A stretch of DNA of 64,000 nucleotides from Candidatus Nanoarchaeia archaeon (GTDB lineage: Archaea > Nanobdellota > Nanobdellia > Pacearchaeales > GW2011-AR1), in NCBI GenBank assembly GCA_049288015.1, contig JBAQGX010000003.1:138034-202033 (forward strand), in the 5' to 3' direction. Both the position numbers and the translations under genes were made by a program. Positions 9,404 to 18,351 of this stretch are shown in pieces. The notes beneath the pieces were generated by a model. It was given only the letters and a program-made list of their open reading frames with translations, ran no database searches and was not told the origin of the DNA. Each line of letters begins with the position of its first letter. Position 1 is the stretch's first letter.

Positions 9404-9802
9404 ATGAGTACATCCAGAGACACATTCTTGTTTAATGTTATTGAAGTAGAGTGTTCCCCAAAATTTTCTCCTTATTATGAAGTTGCAAAGAAACTTTCTG
9501 CCAGATCTTGGCATAGCAGTGGAAGAGGCTTTGTGTCTCTGGATTTGTTGACACTTGACATGGCTTATGATGTTGCGAGCCAAAAAGTGAATTATCAGAT
9601 AATGAGTGATCTTTCAATTCAAGATATTGATCATCAAGATTTTAGGCATGAGGGATTGGTTGGATATTCTGGATCTCCTACGATGATAAAAAATATCAGA
9701 ACATTGGACAGATACGAAATGTCTGAACTGGGAAAACTTTTTATTGTTAAGTTAAAAAATAGAAGAGAATTTCTTGCTTCTCATGAAGACGATAAAAAGT
9801 AA
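9404..9802 (+). CDS. Hypothetical protein (132 aa)
   Basis: ORF with no recognisable motif. Confidence 0.4.
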   Translation: MSTSRDTFLFNVIEVECSPKFSPYYEVAKKLSARSWHSSGRGFVSLDLLTLDMAYDVASQKVNYQIMSDLSIQDIDHQDFRHEGLVGYSGSPTMIKNIRTLDRYEMSELGKLFIVKLKNRREFLASHEDDKK

Positions 9803-10106
9803 GTTGGGAATAGGCCACCTTCTGTCGAACCCCGTAATCGGACGGTTCGTGTTAACATTCAACTAAGCGGCACTAAGCCTTGCACCCGCAGAGTCAGCCG
9901 TTTCATCATATCTCATTCTTCGCGGTTCGTCTCACGATTCATTACTCCAAATGAGCTGTGTCGTTTCTGTTCTGGAGCTGTACCTCACGGCACTCTTCCT
10001 TTCGAAAGACAGCTTTAATTGGTGGGCGGACCTTCCTCAGGATAAGAAATCATTATTAGGTTTCTCGGCAATTTAATGCCATATCCCGCAGTTAACTTCC
10101 CAACTT
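9801..10106 (-). ncRNA. rnpB: RNase P RNA (archaeal, compact ~306 nt)
   Basis: Minus-strand reading carries CUGAGGAAGGUCCGCCCACC (compare the universal P4 5' strand GAGGAAAGUCCGGGCUCC). Near the 3' end it carries ACAGAAGGUGGCCUAU (compare ACAGAAnCCGGCUUAU), with CCACC/GGUGG complementary. It has GCAAGGCUUAG (CR-III-like) and a terminal helix AAGUUGGGAA/UUCCCAACUU. GC-rich island in AT-rich DNA. Confidence 0.65.
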
Positions 10107-10154
10107 AATATTCTGAATTTTAGATCATTTTTAAGCTTTATGAAATAAGAATTT

Positions 10155-10391
10155 TTAGAGTCCAAGAAGCTTATACACCAAAAATGCAGGCCAGACAAGT
10201 GCCTTTAGAACTGCAACAACTCCCTGCCAAAAAGTAGTAGACTGTTGAATGTAATAAACTACTGCGCCGACAAACCCTAAGAAATAAACTCCGCAAGGGG
10301 CACTGTGATGATACATTTTCCACTTCATCTTATCGGCTTTATTTTCATTATACCAATACTTTGCTTCACTCTTTTTTCTATTAGGCATCAT
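10155..10391 (-). CDS. Small membrane protein (78 aa)
   Basis: ORF with two hydrophobic segments. Confidence 0.35.
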   Translation of the reverse strand: MMPNRKKSEAKYWYNENKADKMKWKMYHHSAPCGVYFLGFVGAVVYYIQQSTTFWQGVVAVLKALVWPAFLVYKLLGL

Positions 10392-10464
10392 ATATTGTAG
10401 AAATTATTTTATTTAAAGTTTTCTAAAATGCTATATTTATAAGTAAGTTTGTTTTTAAAAACTT

Positions 10465-10662
10465 ATGAAAAGAACTGCCGGAATGTATAAGTTTGGAATT
10501 GGATTTTGGACCGGAGCTTTAGTTTATAGTATAATAAATTTGATTATGAACTCCACAGGTTATCTTCAAAGCAAGGTTCTTGTTTATAATTATATAATAT
10601 CTGGAGCAGCAATTATAGGTTTTGTTTTGAATCTGATTCTACTGAAAAAAATAAAAAAATAA
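10465..10662 (+). CDS. Small membrane protein (65 aa)
   Basis: Short hydrophobic ORF. Could be spurious. Confidence 0.3.
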   Translation: MKRTAGMYKFGIGFWTGALVYSIINLIMNSTGYLQSKVLVYNYIISGAAIIGFVLNLILLKKIKK

Positions 10663-10727
10663 TTCTTTTCTTTGTTGGTGTGCTTAAATTTCATAACTAA
10701 TATAAACAAATTGCCTTCCGTTCTTGT

Positions 10728-12527
10728 ATGTGTGGTATAATTGGATATATTGGAGAAAAAGAGGCTACTCCTATTCTATTAAGTGGATTGAAGAAGCTTG
10801 AATATCGAGGCTATGATAGTGCGGGAATATGCATTTCAGATAATCAAGAATTAAAGGTAGTAAAAAAGAAGGGAAGAATATCTGAACTTGAAAATTCTCT
10901 TTCTCAGAATTCTTTGTCTGGGAAAATTGGAATTGCACATACCAGATGGGCCACTCACGGAGAGCCTAATGAAGTTAATGCTCATCCGCATCTTGACTGC
11001 AAGAAACAAATAGCTATTATTCATAATGGTATAATTGAAAATTTTTATTCCCTTAAAAAATTGTTGGAAAGTGAAGGCCACATTATAACTTCACAAACAG
11101 ATTCAGAAATAATTGCCCATCTCATTGAAAATTTTTATTCTGGAAACCTTGAAGATGCTTTGGCAAAAGTTCTGAAGTTGATCGAAGGTACTTTTGGTCT
11201 TGTGGTATTAAGTAGTGCTGAAGATAAGCTGGTGGTTGCCAGAAAAGGATCTCCGATTGTAATCGGTGTAGGGAATAATGAAATGTTTGTTGCTTCTGAT
11301 GTTCCAGCCATTTTGGAGCATACTAACAAGATTATTTATCTTCAGGACAATGAAATTGCGGTTCTGTCAAAAGACAGTTATTCAATAAAACATATTAATG
11401 GAAATTGTGTGAATGCGGTTGTTCATGAGATAAAATGGTCCGTGGAGCAATTAGAAAGAGGAAACTTCAAGCATTTTATGCTGAAGGAAATTTTTGAACA
11501 ACCTGAAACGATTGAAAACGTGATAAGAGGAAGGATAAAAGACGGGAAAATAAAACTGACTCTTGATATAGATTTTAATTCTATTAACAGGATAATTCTT
11601 ACAGCCTGCGGAACAAGCTGGCATTCTGCCTTAATAGGAAAATATCTTATTGAGAATTTCTGTCAGATACCTACGGAAGTTGACTATGCATCAGAATTCA
11701 GGTATAGAAATCCACTTGTTGACAAGAACACACTTCTTGTTGCAATTTCTCAGTCCGGTGAGACTGCAGATACTCTAGCAGCAATGAGAGAAGCGAAGTT
11801 GAAGAACGCAAAGACCATAGGAATAGTCAATGTTGTAGGTTCAACAATAACAAGAGAAGTCAACTCAGGAATTTATCTTCACGCTGGTCCTGAAATTGGA
11901 GTGGCATCTACGAAAGCTTTTACTTCCCAAGTTGCCGCATTGCTGCTTCTTGCATTGTATATAAAACAGGAAAGAGGATTTCCACTTGATCAAAAAATTC
12001 TGAATGAGTTTGAAAATATTTCAAATAAAGTAAAAGAAATTCTTGATAATAAATCTGAGATAGATAAAATAGCAAAGCAGTTTTCAGATTCGAGAAATTT
12101 TTTGTATTTTGGGAGAGGAATAAATTTCCCTGTTGCTCTTGAAGGCGCGTTGAAATTAAAAGAGATTTCTTATATTCATGCAGAAGGATATCCTGCTGCA
12201 GAAATGAAGCACGGTCCTATAGCATTGATTGATGAGAATATGCCAACAATATTTATTGCAACAAAATCAGATATCTCTAGCAAGATATTAAGCAATATGC
12301 AAGAAGTCAAGGCAAGAAACGGTGTTATAATCGCAGTTGCAAACAAGGATAATCCCGAAATAAAAAAGATTGCAGATTATGTAATTGAAGTTCCTGAAAC
12401 TTTTGAAGAGCTTTCTCCAATATTAAATGTAATTCCCCTCCAACTTTTGGCATATTCAATTGCAGATATGAAGGGGCTTGATGTAGACAAGCCAAGAAAT
12501 CTTGCAAAGTCTGTGACTGTAGAATAA
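10728..12527 (+). CDS. glmS: Glutamine--fructose-6-phosphate aminotransferase
   Basis: MCGIIGYIG N-terminal nucleophile, two SIS domains, C-terminal KSVTVE. 599 aa. Confidence 0.9.
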   Translation: MCGIIGYIGEKEATPILLSGLKKLEYRGYDSAGICISDNQELKVVKKKGRISELENSLSQNSLSGKIGIAHTRWATHGEPNEVNAHPHLDCKKQIAIIHNGIIENFYSLKKLLESEGHIITSQTDSEIIAHLIENFYSGNLEDALAKVLKLIEGTFGLVVLSSAEDKLVVARKGSPIVIGVGNNEMFVASDVPAILEHTNKIIYLQDNEIAVLSKDSYSIKHINGNCVNAVVHEIKWSVEQLERGNFKHFMLKEIFEQPETIENVIRGRIKDGKIKLTLDIDFNSINRIILTACGTSWHSALIGKYLIENFCQIPTEVDYASEFRYRNPLVDKNTLLVAISQSGETADTLAAMREAKLKNAKTIGIVNVVGSTITREVNSGIYLHAGPEIGVASTKAFTSQVAALLLLALYIKQERGFPLDQKILNEFENISNKVKEILDNKSEIDKIAKQFSDSRNFLYFGRGINFPVALEGALKLKEISYIHAEGYPAAEMKHGPIALIDENMPTIFIATKSDISSKILSNMQEVKARNGVIIAVANKDNPEIKKIADYVIEVPETFEELSPILNVIPLQLLAYSIADMKGLDVDKPRNLAKSVTVE

Positions 12528-12633
12528 AATCTAAGAAACACTTAAAAACTTGTTGTGCTTAGAACCCCTATGAAAAAGGTGAGTATTATAGCCTTAGTTT
12601 TTGATCTTTTTTAAAAGGAGGTGAAACTTAAAA

Positions 12634-12852
12634 ATGAAAATGAATGTGATTGATTGGATAGCCTTTATATTGGTAGTTATTGGAGGCCTCAACTGGGGTC
12701 TGCTTGGACTTGCAGGTATAGATATAGTTCAGACTATTTTTGGTAATACTTTAGCTTCATATATAGTTTATCTCATAATAGGACTTGCAGCTATATGGAT
12801 GATTATAAGCGCTATCAGAATGGGAATGGGCATGAAAGGCAAGAAAAAATAG
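12634..12852 (+). CDS. DUF378-family small membrane protein
   Basis: VIGGLNWGLLGLAG...IFG pattern. Strong SD (AAGGAGGTGA) 8 nt upstream. Confidence 0.55.
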   Translation: MKMNVIDWIAFILVVIGGLNWGLLGLAGIDIVQTIFGNTLASYIVYLIIGLAAIWMIISAIRMGMGMKGKKK

Positions 12853-12912
12853 GTGGAATACTACCAAAAATTTTTTATTTATATTATTTTTTATAATAAA
12901 GTATTAATATAA

Positions 12913-13383
12913 GTGATTTTTCAGATTTACATGGAAAAAAAGAGAGTTATTTCATTGGTTGTTTTCGTCCTGCTTATATTTGCGGGATTTGCAACTTATT
13001 TTTTTGTTTATACCAAGCAGTCTTCAATTCAAGGTGACGTTATTACAAACGGGAGAGATGCTCACGGATGTTTGGTGAATGAAGGGTATGGATGGAACAA
13101 CACGCAGGAATCCTGCATAAATGATTGGTTGCGGCAGAAGTATCAAATTGTTGATTTTCAATCTTGTACTGATGCTGGTTATGCATTGAGCGAAAATAAT
13201 ACAACAGGAAGTCTTCAGTGCCAAGCTCTTAATGGCAGCATATTTGTTAATAGCTCAACTGCTTTAATAATAATTAATTCTTCGGAGATAGGCAATGGCA
13301 ATACAACTTTTGTAGGAAACTTTACAATAAATCAGACTGCAGGTAATGAGACTAATTTAACTAATTCTACAAATAATTCCTAA
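12913..13383 (+). CDS. Secreted/membrane-anchored N-glycosylation-rich protein
   Basis: N-terminal TM/signal anchor (probable true start MEKKRV at 12931). Cys-containing core, then a tail dense in N-x-S/T sequons. Confidence 0.45.
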   Translation: MIFQIYMEKKRVISLVVFVLLIFAGFATYFFVYTKQSSIQGDVITNGRDAHGCLVNEGYGWNNTQESCINDWLRQKYQIVDFQSCTDAGYALSENNTTGSLQCQALNGSIFVNSSTALIIINSSEIGNGNTTFVGNFTINQTAGNETNLTNSTNNS

Positions 13384-13495
13384 AAAGAAATTTTTAGTCC
13401 AATCATTGGAAGCGGAAAGAAATATAATTTTTTCTTAGATTTATCAAAATAAAATCCAACCTAAAAATCGTACCATGCGAAAATAAATTCTATTT

Positions 13496-14068
13496 TCATA
13501 TGTCTTCTTCTTTCCAAGTTAGTTTTTCTTTTGTTGGACCAAGAACCATTTCCCCTTTTGGATTTGAGAGATAAAATAATTTGTAATTATCAAAAGATTT
13601 TCTGATTGGAGAATTTCTTCTTAGATGCCAGGCTCCAAGAATGACAACTAAAGGTCTTCTTGATATTTCAAGAAATTTTCCAACCATCTTTACATGTTTG
13701 TTCTCTCTCCTGTAAGCTAAATCTTCTAACTCTTTCTCTTCCTCTTTCGTAACCTTCATATTTCGATTTATTTTTGTTTGAAGTTTTCTATTTATTAGAA
13801 AGTTCTCAAAATCTATTCCTATTAATTTTATATTTTTCTTATGACATAATTTAATTAATTCTTTTACCTCATCCATTGAAGTCATATTAGAAATCTTATT
13901 TTTTTTCATGATTTTATTGAATTCAAAATCAGATTCTACTTTGTTGTTTTCCATATTTTCAGACAGCACAAAAATTGGCTTGTACTTGTCTATGATTTCT
14001 TTTTGCTTTTCAAATGTATCAATCATTCCGTGCGTGTCAGCAATCAAAATCAAAAGTGGTTCTTCCAT
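13496..14068 (-). CDS. Hypothetical protein, possibly TraB/Tiki-like (GxxH motifs)
   Basis: ILIADTHG near the N-terminus and VVILGAWHL near the C-terminus resemble the paired GTIH / GAAHL motifs of the TraB/PrgY/Tiki family. Shorter than typical members. Immediately downstream of the E1-like gene. Confidence 0.35.
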   Translation of the reverse strand: MEEPLLILIADTHGMIDTFEKQKEIIDKYKPIFVLSENMENNKVESDFEFNKIMKKNKISNMTSMDEVKELIKLCHKKNIKLIGIDFENFLINRKLQTKINRNMKVTKEEEKELEDLAYRRENKHVKMVGKFLEISRRPLVVILGAWHLRRNSPIRKSFDNYKLFYLSNPKGEMVLGPTKEKLTWKEEDI

Positions 14069-14092
14069 GAGTTATTAAAAGAAGGAGCAGTT

Positions 14093-15130
14093 TTAATTCT
14101 TTCCAAATGTTCTCCAACTAATTCCTAAATTCATGAAGTCTATTTCTGCAAATCTGTCAATATTCAAATTTCCCTTTCCAATTAAATACTTGAAAATTTC
14201 CATAACTTGGATATTTGCAACGGCCCCTGCAACCGGTCCAAGATTTCCTGTTTGAGAAATATCTTTTATTACTTCCAATTTGCCCAAAGGGTCACTAGAT
14301 TTTTGATATTCAAGAAAATCATCAAATTTTGCGCTTTTGCCAGGGACTATTATTGGACCAACCATTCCTAAATGCATATTATATCCTCCGGCTACACAAT
14401 AAGGGATATTGTATTTTGTTGCATACTTGTCTATTATCCTAGTCGTTTCGGCTATGGAAGGAGAGTCAGCACAGTTTACTAGGAAATCAGAACCTAAAAT
14501 CATCTCTTCCAAACTTTCATTTTCAGAGACAACTTTTCTAAAGGGAATAATGTTTGCGTCTTTTAATTTTCTTTTTATCACATTAACTTTATATTTTCCA
14601 ATATCTTTAGAATCAAAAAATAATTGCCTGTTCAGATTGCTTTCTTCTACCTTATCTGGATCAGTTACTCTTATTTCTCCAACACCTATTTGATACAGTC
14701 CATTTATTATCCATGTCCCAATACCTCCGACACCAAAAACGGAAACTTTTGAATTTTGTATCTTTTCTTGAATTATAATAGTTTCATCAGATGAGTCTGT
14801 CAGTTCATCTATAAAAGAAATCTGTTTTGAATATCTGTCGTTATCTTGAGGAGAATACTCTCTGACAATTCCTTCTTTCTCAAGTGCACTTAGGCACTTT
14901 GTAATTGCCTTTTCATCATAATTAGGCTTAAGAGTATTCAACAATCTTTCGGAAGTTTGTTCGGTCTTAAGCTCTTCGATTACTCTTTTAACCAAAGGAT
15001 CTACCTTAAACTTTTTAATTTTTCTTGTACCTGTAAAAATGACCTGATAGATATCTTCCGAATCTTTCAGAATATAAATTGAATCTTTAAGCTTTAATTT
15101 TTTTACCATTATCTTTATTAAGAAAAACAC
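14093..15130 (-). CDS. E1-like ThiF/MoeB-family adenylyltransferase with a ~110-aa N-terminal extension
   Basis: Rossmann motif VSVFGVGGIGTWI...VTDPDKVEESNLNRQ, then CADSP...CVAGG. No CxxC zinc motifs. The listed start is GTG at 15130, and an in-frame ATG (MVKKLKLK) lies at 15109. Confidence 0.7.
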   Translation of the reverse strand: MFFLIKIMVKKLKLKDSIYILKDSEDIYQVIFTGTRKIKKFKVDPLVKRVIEELKTEQTSERLLNTLKPNYDEKAITKCLSALEKEGIVREYSPQDNDRYSKQISFIDELTDSSDETIIIQEKIQNSKVSVFGVGGIGTWIINGLYQIGVGEIRVTDPDKVEESNLNRQLFFDSKDIGKYKVNVIKRKLKDANIIPFRKVVSENESLEEMILGSDFLVNCADSPSIAETTRIIDKYATKYNIPYCVAGGYNMHLGMVGPIIVPGKSAKFDDFLEYQKSSDPLGKLEVIKDISQTGNLGPVAGAVANIQVMEIFKYLIGKGNLNIDRFAEIDFMNLGISWRTFGKN

Positions 15131-15151
15131 TTCTCCGCAAGAATAAACTTC

Positions 15152-15310
15152 TTACATCCAATATTTTACGCTTGTTCCACCTGAATGGATATGTTCTTCA
15201 ATCAACTCGAGACCCTCATAGCCAGTCTCAGTTTTTCCTGTTTCATTTCTAACCTTGACTCTGTAAGAATCTATCAGAGTTTCTCTCAAATCTTCTTCAA
15301 GATCTACCAT
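15152..15310 (-). CDS. Small acidic peptide (51 aa) with an internal Gly-Gly, directly upstream of the E1-like gene
   Basis: Hand-translated ORF not in the supplied track: MVDLEEDLRETLIDSYRVKVRNETGKTETGYEGLELIEEHIHSGGTSVKYWM. Same strand, ~40 nt before the E1-like start. Confidence 0.35.
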   Translation of the reverse strand: MVDLEEDLRETLIDSYRVKVRNETGKTETGYEGLELIEEHIHSGGTSVKYWM

Positions 15311-15359
15311 GTAAAAACAGATTGGAGTACATCTTTTAAATTTTTCTATACTTTGTTTT

Positions 15360-17171
15360 TTATCTCTTTATCCCCAAAGTTCTTAATGAATTAAAGATAA
15401 CAGAAACATCAATCACTTCTTGTATGACTGCTCCTGCAATTGGAACAATAAATCCTGCTGCCGCAAGAAGCATTCCTACGATGCTTAATCCTATTCCTGT
15501 AAACATGCTTTCTTTTGCAATTTTCATTGTTTTCCTAGAAATGTTAATAGAATCATAGACTTCAGAAAATCCTCCACCTAGAAAAACAATATCTGCTGCC
15601 TCTGATGAAGCTGTATGTTCTTCATGGCTGAAAACCATTCCTATGTCTGCAAGAGCCAAGGCAGGCGCATCATTTATTCCATCACCGATCATTGCCACTA
15701 CCTTTCCTTTTTTCTTAAGGAATTTTATTCCCTTCTGCTTTTCTTCAGGAGACATTTCATACTGGACATCAACATTCATGTCAATTTCAGACTTCAATTT
15801 TTCAGCTGCAGCTTTTTTATCTCCAGTGAAGACATGGATATCCATTCTGTATCCCTCAAGTTTTTTTATTATAGGTCTTGCATCTGATTTTATTACATCA
15901 TCAAAAATAAACTCCGCAATCAATTTTCTTCCTTCAACAAGATGCACATCATCAGAAGAAGATTCTTCTCCTTTCAGAAGCATGAATTTCTTGCCTCCAA
16001 CTTTCCCAGAAATTTGGGAGCCTGGCTTTTCTTCAACTTCAGAAGCAACAAGTCCCTGGACCTTTTCTCTTCTTGCCTCTTTTATTATGGCTTGGGCAAC
16101 AGGATGAAGGGAATTTCTTTCGATTGCCTCTGCAATGCTCAAGATTTTGGATTTATTGTATTTTTTATCGACTATATTTATTTTTTTCAGAACTGGTTTC
16201 CCTAGAGTTATTGTTCCGGTCTTGTCAAAGACCAAAGTGTCTGCTCTTGAAAGGTCTTCAATGCTTCCAAGATCCTTTACAATTATCTTTTTTCTTGCAT
16301 TTGCGCTCATTCCTCCAATCAAAGCAACCGGTGTCGCCAAAAGGAGGGGGCATGGCGTTGCAATGACTAAAACTGCCAGCACATAATTGAAATTATGCCA
16401 ATACAGATAAGCTCCTCCCGAAATTACCAAAGCAATTACAGTAAAAATCCAGTTGTACTTATGAGCCATTCTTATCATTGGAGATTTTTCTTCCTGTGCC
16501 TTTCTTACCATGTTTATGATTTGCCTGTAAGTAGAGTCTTTGTCTTCTTTTGTGACTTTTATGATAATTGAAGCTCCCATGTTTATTGTTCCGCTTCTTA
16601 TTTTATCTCCTTTTAATTTGTCAACAAAATATGGCTCTCCAGTTAAAGAGGATTCATCGATCTGAGAATACTCTGAAGCAAGGATCCCATCCAAAGGAAT
16701 GACTTCTCCTTTTCTTACGAATATTTTCTGTCCGATTTTTACGCTTTCAATCTTTACTAGCTTGTTTTGAGTTTCATTTTGATATAATAAAACGTCGTGG
16801 GGTATTCTGTTTGTCAAGGAAGTAAGTGAGCTTTTTGCACGTGCCTGTGCGTATTTTTCAAGAGCATTTCCTCCAGTTATCATAAGAACGATTACGCTTC
16901 CTATGAGAAGTTGCTGCGAGGCAAGTGAAACCGCTATCGTAAGGATTGCAAGATAGTCTATTGAAAAATCCTTTCTGGAAAAAGAGACAATTCCTTCAAC
17001 AAGAACTTGTATGCTTCCAGGAATTATTCCAATGATGAATAAAATATTTGATATTAAATTGGATTGGTAGCCGTATTTGAATATTAATCCCAGTGCAAGT
17101 GTAAGGAAAACAAAAGCAGGAATGAGAAACATGCCATATTTTCCATAAAACTTTCCCGACCTCTTCATCAA
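15360..17171 (-). CDS. P1B-type heavy-metal-translocating P-type ATPase (no N-terminal HMA domain)
   Basis: DKTGTIT phosphorylation motif, GDGINDAPAL hinge, CPC in the TM6 segment (ATPCPLLLATP). 603 aa. Confidence 0.85.
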   Translation of the reverse strand: MMKRSGKFYGKYGMFLIPAFVFLTLALGLIFKYGYQSNLISNILFIIGIIPGSIQVLVEGIVSFSRKDFSIDYLAILTIAVSLASQQLLIGSVIVLMITGGNALEKYAQARAKSSLTSLTNRIPHDVLLYQNETQNKLVKIESVKIGQKIFVRKGEVIPLDGILASEYSQIDESSLTGEPYFVDKLKGDKIRSGTINMGASIIIKVTKEDKDSTYRQIINMVRKAQEEKSPMIRMAHKYNWIFTVIALVISGGAYLYWHNFNYVLAVLVIATPCPLLLATPVALIGGMSANARKKIIVKDLGSIEDLSRADTLVFDKTGTITLGKPVLKKINIVDKKYNKSKILSIAEAIERNSLHPVAQAIIKEARREKVQGLVASEVEEKPGSQISGKVGGKKFMLLKGEESSSDDVHLVEGRKLIAEFIFDDVIKSDARPIIKKLEGYRMDIHVFTGDKKAAAEKLKSEIDMNVDVQYEMSPEEKQKGIKFLKKKGKVVAMIGDGINDAPALALADIGMVFSHEEHTASSEAADIVFLGGGFSEVYDSINISRKTMKIAKESMFTGIGLSIVGMLLAAAGFIVPIAGAVIQEVIDVSVIFNSLRTLGIKR

Positions 17172-17210
17172 AATAATAAGTGATAGAAGTTTAAAAATCT
17201 TGCACGTTCG

Positions 17211-17912
17211 TTATACTATAACTTCTGCTTCTTCGCTCTTTATTGCATCAAGAATTCTTTCTGCCACTTTTTCCGGAGTGTCTGTTTTTGGCATTTGAAC
17301 TTCAGAATTTGGCTTCCATTCCATTTTTGCATTGATTGAATTTTTCATAAAGTTGCTTAGGGTCATTTTTGGAAGTACAATGCTTACGATTATTTTGTCT
17401 TTTGCAAGTTCCTGCCTTGCAGTAAGTGAGATTGAATTGACTGCGTGCTTAGTTGAAGAGTAAGCTGCAAGATTTGGAATGTACATTTTTGAAAGCATTG
17501 AGCTTATATTAACAATCATTCCTCCACCCTGCCTTTTCATCTGGGGAATTACTGCCTGCATTGTTCTTATAAGTCCGAACACATTAAGTTCCATTATTTT
17601 CTTGTAATCATTTATGTCTGTGTTTTCAACAGTAAATCCATGCATTCCCTGCCCTGCATTATTTATTAGAATGTCAATTCTCCCAAATCTTTCAATAGCT
17701 TCTCTTACCATATTTTTGATATCTTCTTCACTTGTGATATCTGTTTTAATTGCAAAAGAATTTGGAATCTCTTTCTGAAGTTTCTTTAATATGTTTTCAG
17801 AACGTGCAGCCAGAACAACTTTTGCTCCTTTGCTTGAAAGAAGCCTTGCAGTTGCAAGTCCTATCCCCTGAGAGGCTCCGGTGACAATCACAACTTTTCC
17901 CTCTATTTCCAT
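17211..17912 (-). CDS. Short-chain dehydrogenase/reductase (SDR)
   Basis: VVIVTGASQGIG cofactor motif, NNAG, catalytic S...YxxxK (YSSTK). Confidence 0.85.
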   Translation of the reverse strand: MEIEGKVVIVTGASQGIGLATARLLSSKGAKVVLAARSENILKKLQKEIPNSFAIKTDITSEEDIKNMVREAIERFGRIDILINNAGQGMHGFTVENTDINDYKKIMELNVFGLIRTMQAVIPQMKRQGGGMIVNISSMLSKMYIPNLAAYSSTKHAVNSISLTARQELAKDKIIVSIVLPKMTLSNFMKNSINAKMEWKPNSEVQMPKTDTPEKVAERILDAIKSEEAEVIV

Positions 17913-17994
17913 GAAACTGAAATAAGAAAAGAATATTTAAGAGTTGTGGACTTAAGATCGAAAACTGTAAAAAGTATTAATAAATGCTAATCTT

Positions 17995-18351
17995 ATGGAT
18001 GAAGAGATAAAAATTGAAGAATTAAAGGAGAGAATAAGAAAATTTTGTGAAGCTAGGGATTGGGACAAATTTCATAATATTAAAGACTTAGCAGTTGCAC
18101 TTTCTATAGAGTCATCAGAGCTTTTAGAATTATTTAGATGGAAAAATCCAAAAGAAGTTGAAGAAACTTTAATGAACAGAAGAGAAGACATTGAAGATGA
18201 AATAGCCGATATTTTTTACTTTTTATTAAGAATTGCTCAAATGAATAACATTAACTTGTCTAATGCCTTGAATAGAAAGATAGAAAAAAATGAAAAAAAA
18301 TATTCAATAGATAGATTTAGAGGCTCAAATAAAAAGTACAATGAGTATTAA
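17995..18351 (+). CDS. MazG-like nucleotide pyrophosphohydrolase
   Basis: All-alpha ~118 aa. ELKERIRKFCEARDWDKFH...ALSIESSELLELFRW and a later EDEIADIFYFLLRIA are typical of the MazG/YpjD family. Confidence 0.7.
   Translation: MDEEIKIEELKERIRKFCEARDWDKFHNIKDLAVALSIESSELLELFRWKNPKEVEETLMNRREDIEDEIADIFYFLLRIAQMNNINLSNALNRKIEKNEKKYSIDRFRGSNKKYNEY

Noticed and set aside
9801-10106. Interpretation of the structured RNA as SRP (7S) RNA
   Set aside because: It has GAGGAAGGUCCG... and ACAGAA...GGCCUAU motifs (P4/CR-I/CR-V of RNase P). It lacks the SRP helix-8 GNAR/AGCAGG-type signature.
10851-12507. Antisense ORFs within glmS (10851-11081, 11135-11329, 12325-12507), and similar antisense ORFs within rad50, DNA ligase, P-type ATPase, enolase and S2
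   Set aside because: They are fully nested opposite strongly supported conserved genes and are low-complexity, so almost certainly non-coding.
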